From an uncultured bacterium (lineage in GTDB: Bacteria > Krumholzibacteriota > Krumholzibacteriia > Krumholzibacteriales > WJIX01): a DNA stretch of 64,000 nucleotides. A program made the position numbers and the translations under genes. Under the pieces are notes generated by a model. It saw nothing but the letters and a program-made list of their open reading frames with translations, did not search any database and was not told the DNA's origin. The stretch covers positions 46,592-110,591 of the forward strand of contig CAZAUK010000003.1 in NCBI GenBank assembly GCA_964488475.1, read 5' to 3'. Shown in pieces: positions 55,486 through 64,000 of the stretch (positions are counted from its first letter, which is position 1; every line of letters starts with the position of its first letter).

Positions 55486-56634
55486 TCAAGCGATACCCTC
55501 TTTAATGTAATTTTCAAGCCTGCGGGCTCCCTCGGCAAGGTTTTCCATCGAATTGGCGTAGGAGATACGGAGGTATCCTTCGCCCTGTTCGCCGAAATCG
55601 ATTCCCGGCGCCAGGGCGACGCCGGCCTTTTCCAGTATGTCGAAAGCAAGTTCGTAGGAGTTTGAGCTGATGTGCCCGGCGTTTACGAATATATAGAACG
55701 CCCCCCTGGGTTCCACCTCGGTTTCGAGCCCCAACGCCTCGAGCCTTTTCAGCATGAACTTTCTTCTCTGGTCGTATCTTTCAATCATCTCCTTAACTTC
55801 GGGGTGCTCCCCACGGAGCGCGCTGACACCGCCGCGCTGTACAAAGGAATTGGGGGATATGAAGAAGTTCTGTTGAATCACGTGGATATCTCTGGCCGCG
55901 TGTTCCGGCACGATCGCGTATCCCAGGCGCCATCCGGTCATCGCGAAGAGTTTTGAGAAGCCGTTCAGAACAAAAGAGTCTTCGGAGAACTCTAGAGCCG
56001 ATCTTTCCTTTTCTCCATAGACCAGCCCATGATATATCTCGTCGCTTATTACGGGCACTTCCAGTCCACAGAGCTCTGAGAGGTCGTTCTCCGGAATGAT
56101 GGTGCCGACTGGGTTTGACGGCGAGTTTACAATTATCGCTCTGGTCTTTTCCCCCATAGCTTTCTTTACGTCGAACGGCTTCAGGTGAAAACCATCTTCG
56201 GCTCGGGTTTCCACGAATCGGCACCTTCCTCCCAGGTGCCTTATAAAGTTGGGATAGCAGGGGTAATAAGGGTTTGCCAGTATGATCTCATCGCCGGGAT
56301 CCTCAATCACGACTGAAAGTACGGCAAGCAGTGCGGGTGAGACCCCCATGGTGATGAAGACCCTGTCTTCAGGGAAATCAACCCTGTACCGGCTGCTGTA
56401 ATGCTCCGATACGGCTTTTCGCAGTTCCGGGATTCCCCGGCTGTCCGTGTAATGGGTCTCTCCCTTTTGAAGAGATTCTACCGCCTCCCGGACGATAGCG
56501 CGGGGCGTGTCGAAATCAGGTTCGCCTATTTCCATGTGTATGATCGATCTTCCCTGCCGCTGCAGTTCCATGGCTCTTTCCAGGACGTCCATTACCAAAA
56601 AGGGTTTGATCTTTTCCGAGGGACTGATATTCAT
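55486..56634 (-). CDS. Pyridoxal phosphate-dependent aminotransferase, class I (aspartate aminotransferase-like)
   Basis: Aminotran_1_2 architecture; the SKLFAMTGWRLGY segment carries the Lys-containing region. 382 aa. Confidence 0.85.
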   Translation of the reverse strand: MNISPSEKIKPFLVMDVLERAMELQRQGRSIIHMEIGEPDFDTPRAIVREAVESLQKGETHYTDSRGIPELRKAVSEHYSSRYRVDFPEDRVFITMGVSPALLAVLSVVIEDPGDEIILANPYYPCYPNFIRHLGGRCRFVETRAEDGFHLKPFDVKKAMGEKTRAIIVNSPSNPVGTIIPENDLSELCGLEVPVISDEIYHGLVYGEKERSALEFSEDSFVLNGFSKLFAMTGWRLGYAIVPEHAARDIHVIQQNFFISPNSFVQRGGVSALRGEHPEVKEMIERYDQRRKFMLKRLEALGLETEVEPRGAFYIFVNAGHISSNSYELAFDILEKAGVALAPGIDFGEQGEGYLRISYANSMENLAEGARRLENYIKEGIA

Positions 56635-56752
56635 CCTGGGCGCCTTTCTTTCGAGTTAAACATTGACAGGATAAGCTTCTGCCGGCAGAAAAGTCAAATA
56701 CTTCATTAATATCGGAGAAACGGTGGATAAAAGGGTGTTCAATCCTGCCGCT

Positions 56753-57523
56753 TCAGGGAGTATTTATTCTCGCCAGGGTCCAATGCCGGCCGGTTACTCC
56801 ATTGTCACGCCGATATGAGAAGCAGAGATCCTCCCGGCAGTTGGTGCAGACTTCCGAATCATAAATATTCCGCTTCCTCAGCCCGCAGCCGGCAAGTTCG
56901 CGTTTTATGAATTTCAGAAGGTCCAGGTGATAGCAGCCGTTCCTCCCTGCTGTCACTTCCCGCGGGAATTTCCGTGCTATCGAATTATCAACCCTGTAAC
57001 ATTCAGCGCAGATGCCGGGCCCTATCAGCGCTATGGCATATTCTGTCGCGATCCTGAACTCTGACCTGAGAATTCCAATGGCTGCGGTTATTATTCCTTT
57101 CGCCGCGCCGCTTCTTCCCACATGAAGAACGGCTAGAGTATTTTCCGGAGGTGAGTATACGACAACCGGATAACAGTCAGCCGTGCTGATGGCAAGGGCC
57201 AGGCCTTCCCGGCCGGTGATGAGGCCGTCGGTATCTGCGTATTTCCCGCCTCTATTCACCACCGCGATATTCGTTCCGTGGACCTGACCGCACCTGGCCA
57301 GTCCGCCGCCCGGTATCTGCAGGGATTTGAGAAGCCTTTTTCTGTTTGTACGGATCCTATTGAGTTCCGCGCCCCCCTCTCCTCCCAGGTCAAGCGACTG
57401 GTAGGGATGGCAGCTGATTCCACCCGTTCTGGTCGCGAAATAAAACTCAAGATTGGGCGCTAAGATCTTGAGGACCGGGAAAACACCCAAATTGAAACCA
57501 TCCTTTGAGATTAGATCCATCAT
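56753..57523 (-). CDS. YfiH/PgeF-family (DUF152, Cu-oxidase_4) purine nucleoside phosphorylase / peptidoglycan editing factor
   Basis: QVHGTNIAVV...ADTDGLITG...ISTADCYPVVVY...LHVGRSGAAKGI motifs. Confidence 0.8.
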   Translation of the reverse strand: MMDLISKDGFNLGVFPVLKILAPNLEFYFATRTGGISCHPYQSLDLGGEGGAELNRIRTNRKRLLKSLQIPGGGLARCGQVHGTNIAVVNRGGKYADTDGLITGREGLALAISTADCYPVVVYSPPENTLAVLHVGRSGAAKGIITAAIGILRSEFRIATEYAIALIGPGICAECYRVDNSIARKFPREVTAGRNGCYHLDLLKFIKRELAGCGLRKRNIYDSEVCTNCREDLCFSYRRDNGVTGRHWTLARINTP

Positions 57524-57767
57524 TCGTCTGTTCCTTTGAAGCGGGTTGGCATTCGACCGGCGGTTTTTTCGAGACTAAACCACCATTAGGATAATTCTAT
57601 ATTTAAGGATGAGCGTTTTCAACAAATGTTTAGGCGGACTGATATATTTAAAGCGGTGTTTGAGACTGGTCAGGCGGATAAGCCTCCAGCGGCGGATGAG
57701 TAAAATGGTTAAATAAACCAACCGAACCGCCGGGAAAAAGGGTCACAGCCTGGACCCGAGCACGATT

Positions 57768-59624
57768 CTAATGCCGGCCGCGTCCTCCACTCGATCTTCT
57801 GGAAGAGCCTCCCGAAGAACTCCCCGAAGACCGTCCCGATGAACGGGACCTTCCGCTTCCGGAGCTTCCCCTGGAGCGGGTTGTTCTAGAGCTCTTTCCC
57901 GCGCTGCTTCCGGAGCTTCTTCTGGAGCGGGTTGTTGTGGAGCTCTTTTCCGGACTTTTCCTTCTTTGAGTTGATCTAGTACTGCGGGTTGGACGGCTTC
58001 TGGAATCATCGTCCCGGCTTTTTCTTACCGACCGGGATTTGTCCTTCCCTGACGTTTTTCTTTGGATTATTCTGTCCGATCTCCCGCTTCTGGGCCGGAC
58101 CACCGAACGGTTATCCGATTTTCTGTCGTAATTTCTGTCTCTTCGATAGCTGGTCCGGGAATCTCTGGTGGCTCTGCGGGTTCTATCTACAGTTCCTGCC
58201 GACCTTTTCGATCCACTCCGCACCGATGACCCCCGGCGGTCTCCGTATATGACCCTGGTCCTGGGATTGTATCTTGTCCTTGTGTTTGAGGACGTTTTTC
58301 TGACATATCCGCGGGCTGATCCCGATCCCCGGGAGGATAGAGACCTGGAAAGCCTGGAGTCTTGGCTGCGTCTACGAACCGCACTGGCTATACGTTTTCG
58401 GGCAAGCCTGCTGCCCCTCAGGGATTTTTCTTTCCTGTTCCTGCTGAGGGTGGCGTAGTAGTTAAGGGTGCGTCTTCTGAAATTCCTTCCCGCGTATAAT
58501 GACCTGGAATTGTAATGATGATCCCGCCACCAGTAATTATAAGGATGGTGCCAGGCATAGTATGGATAGTAGCCATACCAGCCGTAGTGATTCCAGTTGC
58601 TCCAGCCTATTCCGAAACCCCAATAGTAGGAGTCACCGTAGTGATAAGAAGGATACCAGTAGCTGTATCCGAACCCATGATGGGGGTAAAGGTATCCATG
58701 GTAGGGATAGTAGCCGTGATTCCAGTAGCTTATGGACAGGTGAACATCGGTTTCGTCGGTTTCAAATAGCTCATCGTCCCAGTCGTTGGAAAGATTATCC
58801 TCGTAGTAAGTAGTCGAAGAGTAATAGTCATCATCACCTGTAGCCGAGGAGTAATACTCTTCGGCTGATACCTCATCCACGTGGACTATGTTGTAAAGCG
58901 GAGGGTAGGGGTAATCCAGCTTGGTATCGTAATAATTCTTTTCGATACTTATCTCTGAGCATTGTTCAGCATAGGGGTCCGTGAACTTATCCGCGCCGTG
59001 GCATTCGGCGCAAAGGTATGAAGGATATTCCACCATCCTATTGACAAAGAAGTAGGTATGATCCGTGGCCGGCGGGGTTTCTTCGATATCTTCCACCAGG
59101 CTCTCATCTATCATATTGAACGCCAGGTAGGGGTCCAGATCGGTTCTGAATCTTTTTTCCCTGGGGAGTTGATAATTTTTGCTGAGGAAATAGAGTTCCT
59201 GCTCGTCGATCGAGCCCCGGTTCTCTACAGCTATGGCGTGTATATACTCGATACCCGTTTTGCCACCCGCCTCAAGCCTCAGATCGCTTCCCCTTTCGGG
59301 TACTGTATAGACCTTGTTGCCTTCAGCTGTTCTCAGTTTTCCATCCGACGGATAGAGAAGGTTCACAAAACCTTCACTGTCTATATTGTAAATAACCACG
59401 TAGGAATTACGGTTTGCCTTGAAACTCAGCCCTATATTTTTACCCGGGAATAAAATCTCCCCGTCTCCCCCTATAAGGCGTACCGAGACGCCCAGCCCGG
59501 TTTCACTGTAGGGCTCATTGGAAGCTCCTCTGGTAAACTCTACCGCGCTTGAGGCCGATGCTATCAAAAGTGAAACGAGTAAAAGGAGAGAAACGGTTGA
59601 ATATCTCTTTTTCATTTTAACCAC
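57768..59624 (-). CDS. Secreted protein with an N-terminal DUF4384-like domain, a Tyr/Trp/His-rich block and a roughly 250 aa Arg/Ser-rich basic low-complexity tail
   Basis: Signal peptide MKKRYSTVSLLLLVSLLIASASSA. DUF4384-like segment LGVSVRLIGGDGEILFPGKNIGLSFKANRNSYVVIYNIDSEGFVNLLYPSDG. A CAECHG motif. The aromatic block YYPYHGYLYPHHGFGYSYWYPSYHYGDSYYWGFGIGWSNWNHYGWYGYYPYYAWHHPYNYWW. The remainder is RS/SR/RR repeats down to ...SSGGRGRH. SD AAGGGAG and a -35/-10 lie upstream. Confidence 0.7.
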   Translation of the reverse strand: MVKMKKRYSTVSLLLLVSLLIASASSAVEFTRGASNEPYSETGLGVSVRLIGGDGEILFPGKNIGLSFKANRNSYVVIYNIDSEGFVNLLYPSDGKLRTAEGNKVYTVPERGSDLRLEAGGKTGIEYIHAIAVENRGSIDEQELYFLSKNYQLPREKRFRTDLDPYLAFNMIDESLVEDIEETPPATDHTYFFVNRMVEYPSYLCAECHGADKFTDPYAEQCSEISIEKNYYDTKLDYPYPPLYNIVHVDEVSAEEYYSSATGDDDYYSSTTYYEDNLSNDWDDELFETDETDVHLSISYWNHGYYPYHGYLYPHHGFGYSYWYPSYHYGDSYYWGFGIGWSNWNHYGWYGYYPYYAWHHPYNYWWRDHHYNSRSLYAGRNFRRRTLNYYATLSRNRKEKSLRGSRLARKRIASAVRRRSQDSRLSRSLSSRGSGSARGYVRKTSSNTRTRYNPRTRVIYGDRRGSSVRSGSKRSAGTVDRTRRATRDSRTSYRRDRNYDRKSDNRSVVRPRSGRSDRIIQRKTSGKDKSRSVRKSRDDDSRSRPTRSTRSTQRRKSPEKSSTTTRSRRSSGSSAGKSSRTTRSRGSSGSGRSRSSGRSSGSSSGGSSRRSSGGRGRH

Positions 59625-59680
59625 TCCCTTGCAGGGAAAATCCAGACCCTGCTGTAATTAACACAGGGACACACATTTCA

Positions 59681-59709
59681 AGTATAATCATTTTTCGCTT
59701 TTTTTACAA
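59681..59709 (-). promoter_or_regulatory. Sigma70-like promoter for the DUF4384/RS-tail gene
   Basis: On the minus strand: TTGTAA (-35; + coordinates 59704-59709), a 17-nt spacer, and TATACT (-10; 59681-59686). It lies about 55 nt upstream of the start codon. Confidence 0.45.
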
Positions 59710-60116
59710 GGTCTTAAAGCTTTGCCCTCCGTATTATTATACTCCTAACAGCTTAATATAGTTTCAATTAGTTTAATATCTCCGCCCGGCTCAGAAAAAG
59801 CCGGCCGGCCGGTTCACAGCATCGGCGCGATCTTAGAAACAGCCGCCTCGCTCAGCGCGATACTCATGCCGGCCGGACGGGAATATAGATCTACCCGGCC
59901 CGCTCTCAGATATTTCCTAATTTCCCTCTTGCATTTTCAACCCCCAACATCTTCTATTAGTAAAAGCAGTTTCAGGTTCAGCCGTCCAGCGGGCGGTCTG
60001 GATTCTGAAATCGCGGCACCCGGGGTAAAAACCGGATATATGGCTGAAACTATTTGGCCCTTCGAAGAGTAAAATGAATAAACTCTGTAAAAGATTACCG
60101 AATGAGGAGGATGTAC

Positions 60117-60800
60117 ATGGGTTTTGACGGGATACCGATATTCCTGCAGATAGCTGAAAGTTTCGTGGAGCTGATATCCCGAACCGGGGTTTTAGCCAAA
60201 TCGGTTTTAGCCCTGCTTCTTATCCTTTCGGTGGTATCTTGGACCATAATTGTAGAGAAGATAAGGTACTTCAGACGGGCATCAAAACAGGGAAAGGGTT
60301 TCAGAAAGGAGTTCTCGGAGGAATCCTCTCTGAACAGACTCAGCGAAAAAGCCGGCCGGCATCCAGACAGCGCGGAAGCCCAGCTGGTCACTCTGATTGG
60401 CAGGGAGGTCGGGAGGGGGGAACTGGGGGACATGAAATTTCTTGATAAATACCTGGACTCCGGAATGGATTCGATTATAGCGGAGTGGGAGGGTTACCTG
60501 ATATTCCTTTCGACCACGGCCACTATTTCTCCGTTTCTGGGGCTTCTCGGGACTGTCTGGGGTATAATGAGTTCCTTCATAAGCATGGGAGCCAGGGGTT
60601 CGGCGGATCTTTACGTTGTAGGCCCTGGTATCGCGGAGGCTCTTATAACCACGATCTTCGGCCTGGGGGCGGCTATACCGGCTGTTATCGGATATAATTA
60701 TATCCTCAGGATAATACGCAGGAAGGAGGATGATCTCTCATCCTTCATGGTACGTTTCAGAAGCCGGCTGTTGGACCGAAGATACCAGGAGTTGAAGTAG
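60117..60800 (+). CDS. tolQ: Tol-Pal system protein TolQ (MotA/TolQ/ExbB proton channel family)
   Basis: The GLLGTVWGIMSSF motif and three transmembrane helices. GAGGAGG lies 6 nt upstream of the ATG at 60117. It is first in a tolQRAB-pal cluster. Confidence 0.85.
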   Translation: MGFDGIPIFLQIAESFVELISRTGVLAKSVLALLLILSVVSWTIIVEKIRYFRRASKQGKGFRKEFSEESSLNRLSEKAGRHPDSAEAQLVTLIGREVGRGELGDMKFLDKYLDSGMDSIIAEWEGYLIFLSTTATISPFLGLLGTVWGIMSSFISMGARGSADLYVVGPGIAEALITTIFGLGAAIPAVIGYNYILRIIRRKEDDLSSFMVRFRSRLLDRRYQELK

Positions 60801-60839
60801 GCCGGGTCAAACTCAATAGATTTGCGCTGGAGAGATATA

Positions 60840-61238
60840 ATGAAAAGGCAAAGATATTCATCGCTGGCCGAGATAAATATAACCAATCTTGTTGACGTGA
60901 TGATGGTCCTTCTTATCGTTTTTATGCTGACAGCTCCCTTTCTGCAGGCGGGAGTGAGGCTGAACCTTCCCAAAGCCGAAGCTAAAGTCATAGAGGAACG
61001 GGAAGGTGTGACAGTATCGGTAGACCGGGAGGGAGATATCTTTATCAGCAAGAAGAAAGTCGAATGGGAGGAATTCTCCGGTGTTCTCCGCCGGGAACTC
61101 GATGCAGGAGCTCCCAGGGTGTTCTTGAGAGCCGATACCAAAACTGAATACGGCAAAGTTATGAAGGTTCTCGCCAGGATCAAGATGATGGGAATCGAAG
61201 ATGTGGGGCTTATCGCCGAACAGGAGAAGGAAGACTAA
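60840..61238 (+). CDS. tolR: Tol-Pal system protein TolR (ExbD/TolR family)
   Basis: EINITNLVDVMMVLLIVFM transmembrane segment with the conserved Asp, and an ExbD periplasmic domain. Confidence 0.85.
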   Translation: MKRQRYSSLAEINITNLVDVMMVLLIVFMLTAPFLQAGVRLNLPKAEAKVIEEREGVTVSVDREGDIFISKKKVEWEEFSGVLRRELDAGAPRVFLRADTKTEYGKVMKVLARIKMMGIEDVGLIAEQEKED

Positions 61239-61259
61239 AAATACTCGGGCTCGGTCAAC

Positions 61260-61901
61260 ATGAGGCTATCGGTTTTAATATCAATATTGATTCACCTTGT
61301 AATATTCTATCTCGTTCTGACGTTTTTCAACATCGTACCCCGGGTCAATCTTCCAGACAGGGTTTATTCGGTAAGGATTTTTTCTCCCTCCAGGCCGGAA
61401 CCGGAAAAGGCGCCGGAACAGGAGGTAAAGGTCGAGGAAAGTAAACCCGAGCCGGTGGTGGAGAAAAAACCCGTACCAGAGCCGAAGGAGAGTAAACCGG
61501 AGAAGAAACCAGAAGAAAAACCGGCGAAGGAGCCGGAACCGGAGAAAGATGAGTCCGTGGATGTTACCGTGGATGAAGGAACGAAGGAGGAAACGTCGGT
61601 CGCTGTAGACGCTCCCAAGTTCCCCTTTTCCTATTATCTTTCAGCCATCGAGAGGAAAGTATCGTCAAATTGGTTTTCAGGCTCGGTGGAGCACGGGACC
61701 AGCCGTTCCTGCCTGGTTTTCTTCAGGCTTGACAGGAGCGGGCGTATATCGGGTCTGAGGGTCGAGGAGAGTTCGGGGGATTCATATTTCGACAGGGCGG
61801 CTCTGAGAGCGGTCAGAAGTTCTGCTCCTTTTCCGCCTCTTCCGGGCGCATTCGACGAACCTTCACTGGGAATACATTTTAAATTCTTGCAGAGGGATTG
61901 A
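61260..61901 (+). CDS. tolA: TolA (TonB-family energy transducer with Pro/Glu/Lys-rich linker and TonB_C-like domain)
   Basis: N-terminal transmembrane helix, a PEPEKAPEQEVKVEESKPEPVVEKKPVPEPKESKPEKKPEEKPAKEPEPE linker, and a C-terminal domain (YYLSAIERKVSSNW...FFRLDRSGRISGLRV...). It lies between tolR and tolB. Confidence 0.75.
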   Translation: MRLSVLISILIHLVIFYLVLTFFNIVPRVNLPDRVYSVRIFSPSRPEPEKAPEQEVKVEESKPEPVVEKKPVPEPKESKPEKKPEEKPAKEPEPEKDESVDVTVDEGTKEETSVAVDAPKFPFSYYLSAIERKVSSNWFSGSVEHGTSRSCLVFFRLDRSGRISGLRVEESSGDSYFDRAALRAVRSSAPFPPLPGAFDEPSLGIHFKFLQRD

Positions 61902-63145
61902 TTATGCCAGAGAGAGTCATCGTTTTTCTTTTAGGGTTGCTTCTAATCTCAAATCCGGTCCTGGGCCAGACGGACGTACACCTTAAGGTCGAGAGGGCTG
62001 GAAGGGGCCGCATCCCGATCGTAGTCAGAAGAATCGATTACGGTTCGGAGGCGCTGTCTGCTTCCGCGGATTGCGTATACCGGGTCCTTAAAAACGATCT
62101 CAGGCTTACCGGAATTTTCGAGCCGATCGAGCTGGAGGCTGAATCAGACACTCTGCCGGGCGGGCGGATAGCAGCGGCGATCTTTGAGGGAAGTATAGAC
62201 TTGGACGTGGAGAGGTACGCCCTTAATGCCAGGCTTCTGGATTATTCGAGCGGGGGCGTGATATTTGAAAAGATCTACAGGTTCAGAAAGGGTACATGCA
62301 GGTCCGCCGCGCACCACCTGAGTGACGAGATCACCTATTTTCTTACAGGGGAGAACGGTGTAGCGACCACCAGAATACTTTTCGTAAGAGGAAAAAAGGG
62401 GGCAAAGGACCTTTATATGATAGATTACGACGGACATGGAGAAAGAAGGCTTACCGAGGGGGAACTGGTGGTATCCCCGCTCTGGCTGGAAAGTGGAAGG
62501 TTCTGCTACACCTCTTACAAGAGGGGTAACCCCGACTGTTATATGGTGGATCTCAGAAAAGGGTTGAGAAAACTTCTCTCTTACAGAAAGGGTCTTAACA
62601 TGGCGGGTGGATACTATCCCCGCCGGGACGATATCCTGATGACCCTGAGCGTGAGCGGAAACAGCGAGCTTTTCGTAATAGATTCCGAAGGAGAAATAAA
62701 GAGGAAGCTTACCAGAAACCGGGCTATAGACTGTTCGCCGACCTGGGCTCCCAACGGAAGAGAGATAGCTTTCGTTTCTGACAGGACCACTGTACCGCAG
62801 ATATACATAATGGATGCTTACGGGGGGAACCTCAGAAGGTTGAGCGTCACCGGACCCTACAACACTTCTCCGGACTGGTCGCCCCAGGGGGATCTGATTG
62901 CTTATGTTTCAAGACAGGGCGGTCTCTACCGGCTGAAACTGATCTCACCTGACGGCCTGTGGGAGGATACTGTCTTTCAGGATTATCTGAGTTACGAGGA
63001 TCCGTCCTGGGCTCCGAACGGAAGCCATCTCGCCGTAACCGTTAATTACGGTGGAGAAAACTGGATTGTCATCGTGAATGTGGATAGCGGAGCAAAGAGG
63101 CGCCTCGCGAGGGGAGAATCTGCATGCTGGTCGCCGTCCAGATAG
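61898..63145 (+). CDS. tolB: Tol-Pal system beta-propeller protein TolB
   Basis: N-terminal TolB_N-like domain plus WD40-like PD40 repeats (SPTWAPNGREIAFVSDR..., SPDWSPQGDLIAYVS..., PSWAPNGSHLA...). Confidence 0.85.
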   Translation: MIMPERVIVFLLGLLLISNPVLGQTDVHLKVERAGRGRIPIVVRRIDYGSEALSASADCVYRVLKNDLRLTGIFEPIELEAESDTLPGGRIAAAIFEGSIDLDVERYALNARLLDYSSGGVIFEKIYRFRKGTCRSAAHHLSDEITYFLTGENGVATTRILFVRGKKGAKDLYMIDYDGHGERRLTEGELVVSPLWLESGRFCYTSYKRGNPDCYMVDLRKGLRKLLSYRKGLNMAGGYYPRRDDILMTLSVSGNSELFVIDSEGEIKRKLTRNRAIDCSPTWAPNGREIAFVSDRTTVPQIYIMDAYGGNLRRLSVTGPYNTSPDWSPQGDLIAYVSRQGGLYRLKLISPDGLWEDTVFQDYLSYEDPSWAPNGSHLAVTVNYGGENWIVIVNVDSGAKRRLARGESACWSPSR

Positions 63146-63348
63146 GGTTTTGAAAGGGATTTCTTCAGCTGGGCGCCTGAAATTCCTCTTGGATGGGATG
63201 TGAGGCGGGGAAGCGGTCAAATAATTTAGCGAGAAAGACGAAATTATTTATTTGCAAATTCCGGCATTACCGTTATTATGCAGCATTAGGAAGAGACAAT
63301 CAGGAAAATGATTGCAGGGATGCGTTTAACTGAACTGGAGGTGTTCTA

Positions 63349-63864
63349 ATGACGCGATTTGGTTATACTGGCCTGGTCTTCATTATTATTCTGTTATCTA
63401 TCCTTCCGGCTTGTTCTAAGAAGGAAGCTCCTCCTATTGAAGAGGTGAAGCCGGCGGAAGAGGAGATACCACCTCCGCCGCCCCCCATCGAAGAAGAGGT
63501 GCTGGAGGAGATTGAAGAGGTTGAGCCGGAGCCGATAGTACTGGCCGACGTATTTTTTGATTTTGATAAATACAATATCAAGGATCAGTACAAGAACGAC
63601 CTGATCAAAAACGCCGATCAGATAATGACTAGAGATGATGTAAAAGTCGTAATAGAAGGACATTGCGACGAGAGAGGAACCAAAGAATACAACCTTGCCC
63701 TGGGCGAAAAGAGGGCCAAGGCAGTAAGGGATTTCTACACCGCCTACGGTGTCGCTCCCGCAAAACTGGAAATAATCAGCTACGGCGAAGAAAAGCCATT
63801 CGCCATGGGTCATAACGAGGAGGCCTGGGCCAAAAACCGAAGAGCGCACATGGTGGTCAAGTAA
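63349..63864 (+). CDS. pal: Peptidoglycan-associated lipoprotein Pal (OmpA-family C-terminal domain)
   Basis: Lipobox LPACS and an OmpA-like domain (FDFDKYNIK...VVIEGHCDERGTKEYNLALGEKRAKAV...). A Pro/Glu-rich linker is present. Confidence 0.85.
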   Translation: MTRFGYTGLVFIIILLSILPACSKKEAPPIEEVKPAEEEIPPPPPPIEEEVLEEIEEVEPEPIVLADVFFDFDKYNIKDQYKNDLIKNADQIMTRDDVKVVIEGHCDERGTKEYNLALGEKRAKAVRDFYTAYGVAPAKLEIISYGEEKPFAMGHNEEAWAKNRRAHMVVK

Positions 63865-63885
63865 GCCAGTCTGAAAGAGTAGTTA

Positions 63886-64000
63886 ATGTTCTGGAAGTCG
63901 ATCAAATTCGCGCCTCTGCCTTTGTTGGTGGTGTTATTCGCCGGCTGCTGGGGCGCAAAGTTCATCGAAATGCCGCAGAGGTCGATAGATACCTCTGCGG
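63886..64000 (+). CDS. N-terminal fragment of a putative lipoprotein (possibly CpoB/YbgF-like); the 3' end lies outside the window
   Basis: Signal peptide with lipobox LFAGC immediately downstream of pal. Only about 38 codons fall within the window. Confidence 0.3.
   Translation, partial: MFWKSIKFAPLPLLVVLFAGCWGAKFIEMPQRSIDTSA

Noticed and set aside
59683-59688. Perfect TATAAT on the + strand upstream of tolQ
   Set aside because: There is no acceptable -35 at 17 bp. It is the reverse-complement overlap of the minus-strand -10 (TATACT) of the divergent gene and is too far (about 430 nt) from the tolQ start.
1-64000. CRISPR arrays, rRNA, IS elements or integrases, prophage genes
   Set aside because: No regularly spaced direct repeats, no rRNA-like conserved stretches, and no transposase, integrase or phage structural motifs were seen anywhere in the window.

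Overview
This 64 kb window is a gene-dense fragment (about 55% GC, roughly 65 genes) from a Gram-negative-type bacterium. It carries a Tol-Pal cluster, a TolC-like outer membrane factor and a predicted beta-barrel outer membrane protein. The gene content looks like an uncultivated lineage. I found no rRNA, CRISPR arrays or obvious mobile elements.

Recognisable blocks, in order:
- A MacAB-TolC-like tripartite efflux locus with a separate ATPase and two FtsX-type permeases, followed by a GWxTD-domain protein.
- A peptide ABC importer (binding protein plus two permeases, no ATPase gene) followed by an NlpC/P60-SH3b endopeptidase resembling YkfC.
- A predicted highly expressed outer membrane protein behind a sigma70-like promoter with three phased A-tracts, flanked by a 14-nt direct repeat.
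- A rhomboid protease fused to TPR repeats, and radC.
- The mreB-mreC-mreD-mrdA-rodA cluster, then a TldD/PmbA-family protein, lgt and a ComF-like protein.
- A glycolytic cluster fba-gap-pgk-tpiA-secG, then tRNA-Leu(GAG) and an intrinsic terminator.
- ccsB/ccsA, the System II cytochrome c biogenesis genes.
- A second peptide-type ABC importer without an ATPase gene, with an N-terminally anchored beta-CASP metallo-beta-lactamase (MBL) nuclease gene inserted between the binding protein and the permeases. A sigma54-like -24/-12 element lies upstream.
- cstA, a PfkB kinase and a SAM hydroxide adenosyltransferase (DUF62), translationally coupled to an MBL-fold gene carrying a frameshift at a T4C4 tract.
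- An archaeal-type bifunctional FBP aldolase/phosphatase.
- An ECF sigma factor, a zf-HC2 anti-sigma factor and two CpxP/ZraP/CnrX-like periplasmic proteins, one with a Cys/Met/His/Gly-rich tail.
- A PTS-IIA(Ntr)-CBS-ArsB/NhaD transporter operon, an aminotransferase and PgeF/YfiH.
- A secreted DUF4384 protein (618 aa) with a Tyr/Trp/His-rich block and a roughly 250-residue Arg/Ser-rich tail. This is the most unusual gene in the window.
- A complete tolQ-tolR-tolA-tolB-pal cluster.

The strongest candidates for something undescribed are the DUF4384 / aromatic / RS-tail protein, the ECF-sigma metal-sensing module, and the nuclease-containing peptide-transporter operon. All functional calls rest on motif recognition by eye, because no database search was possible.
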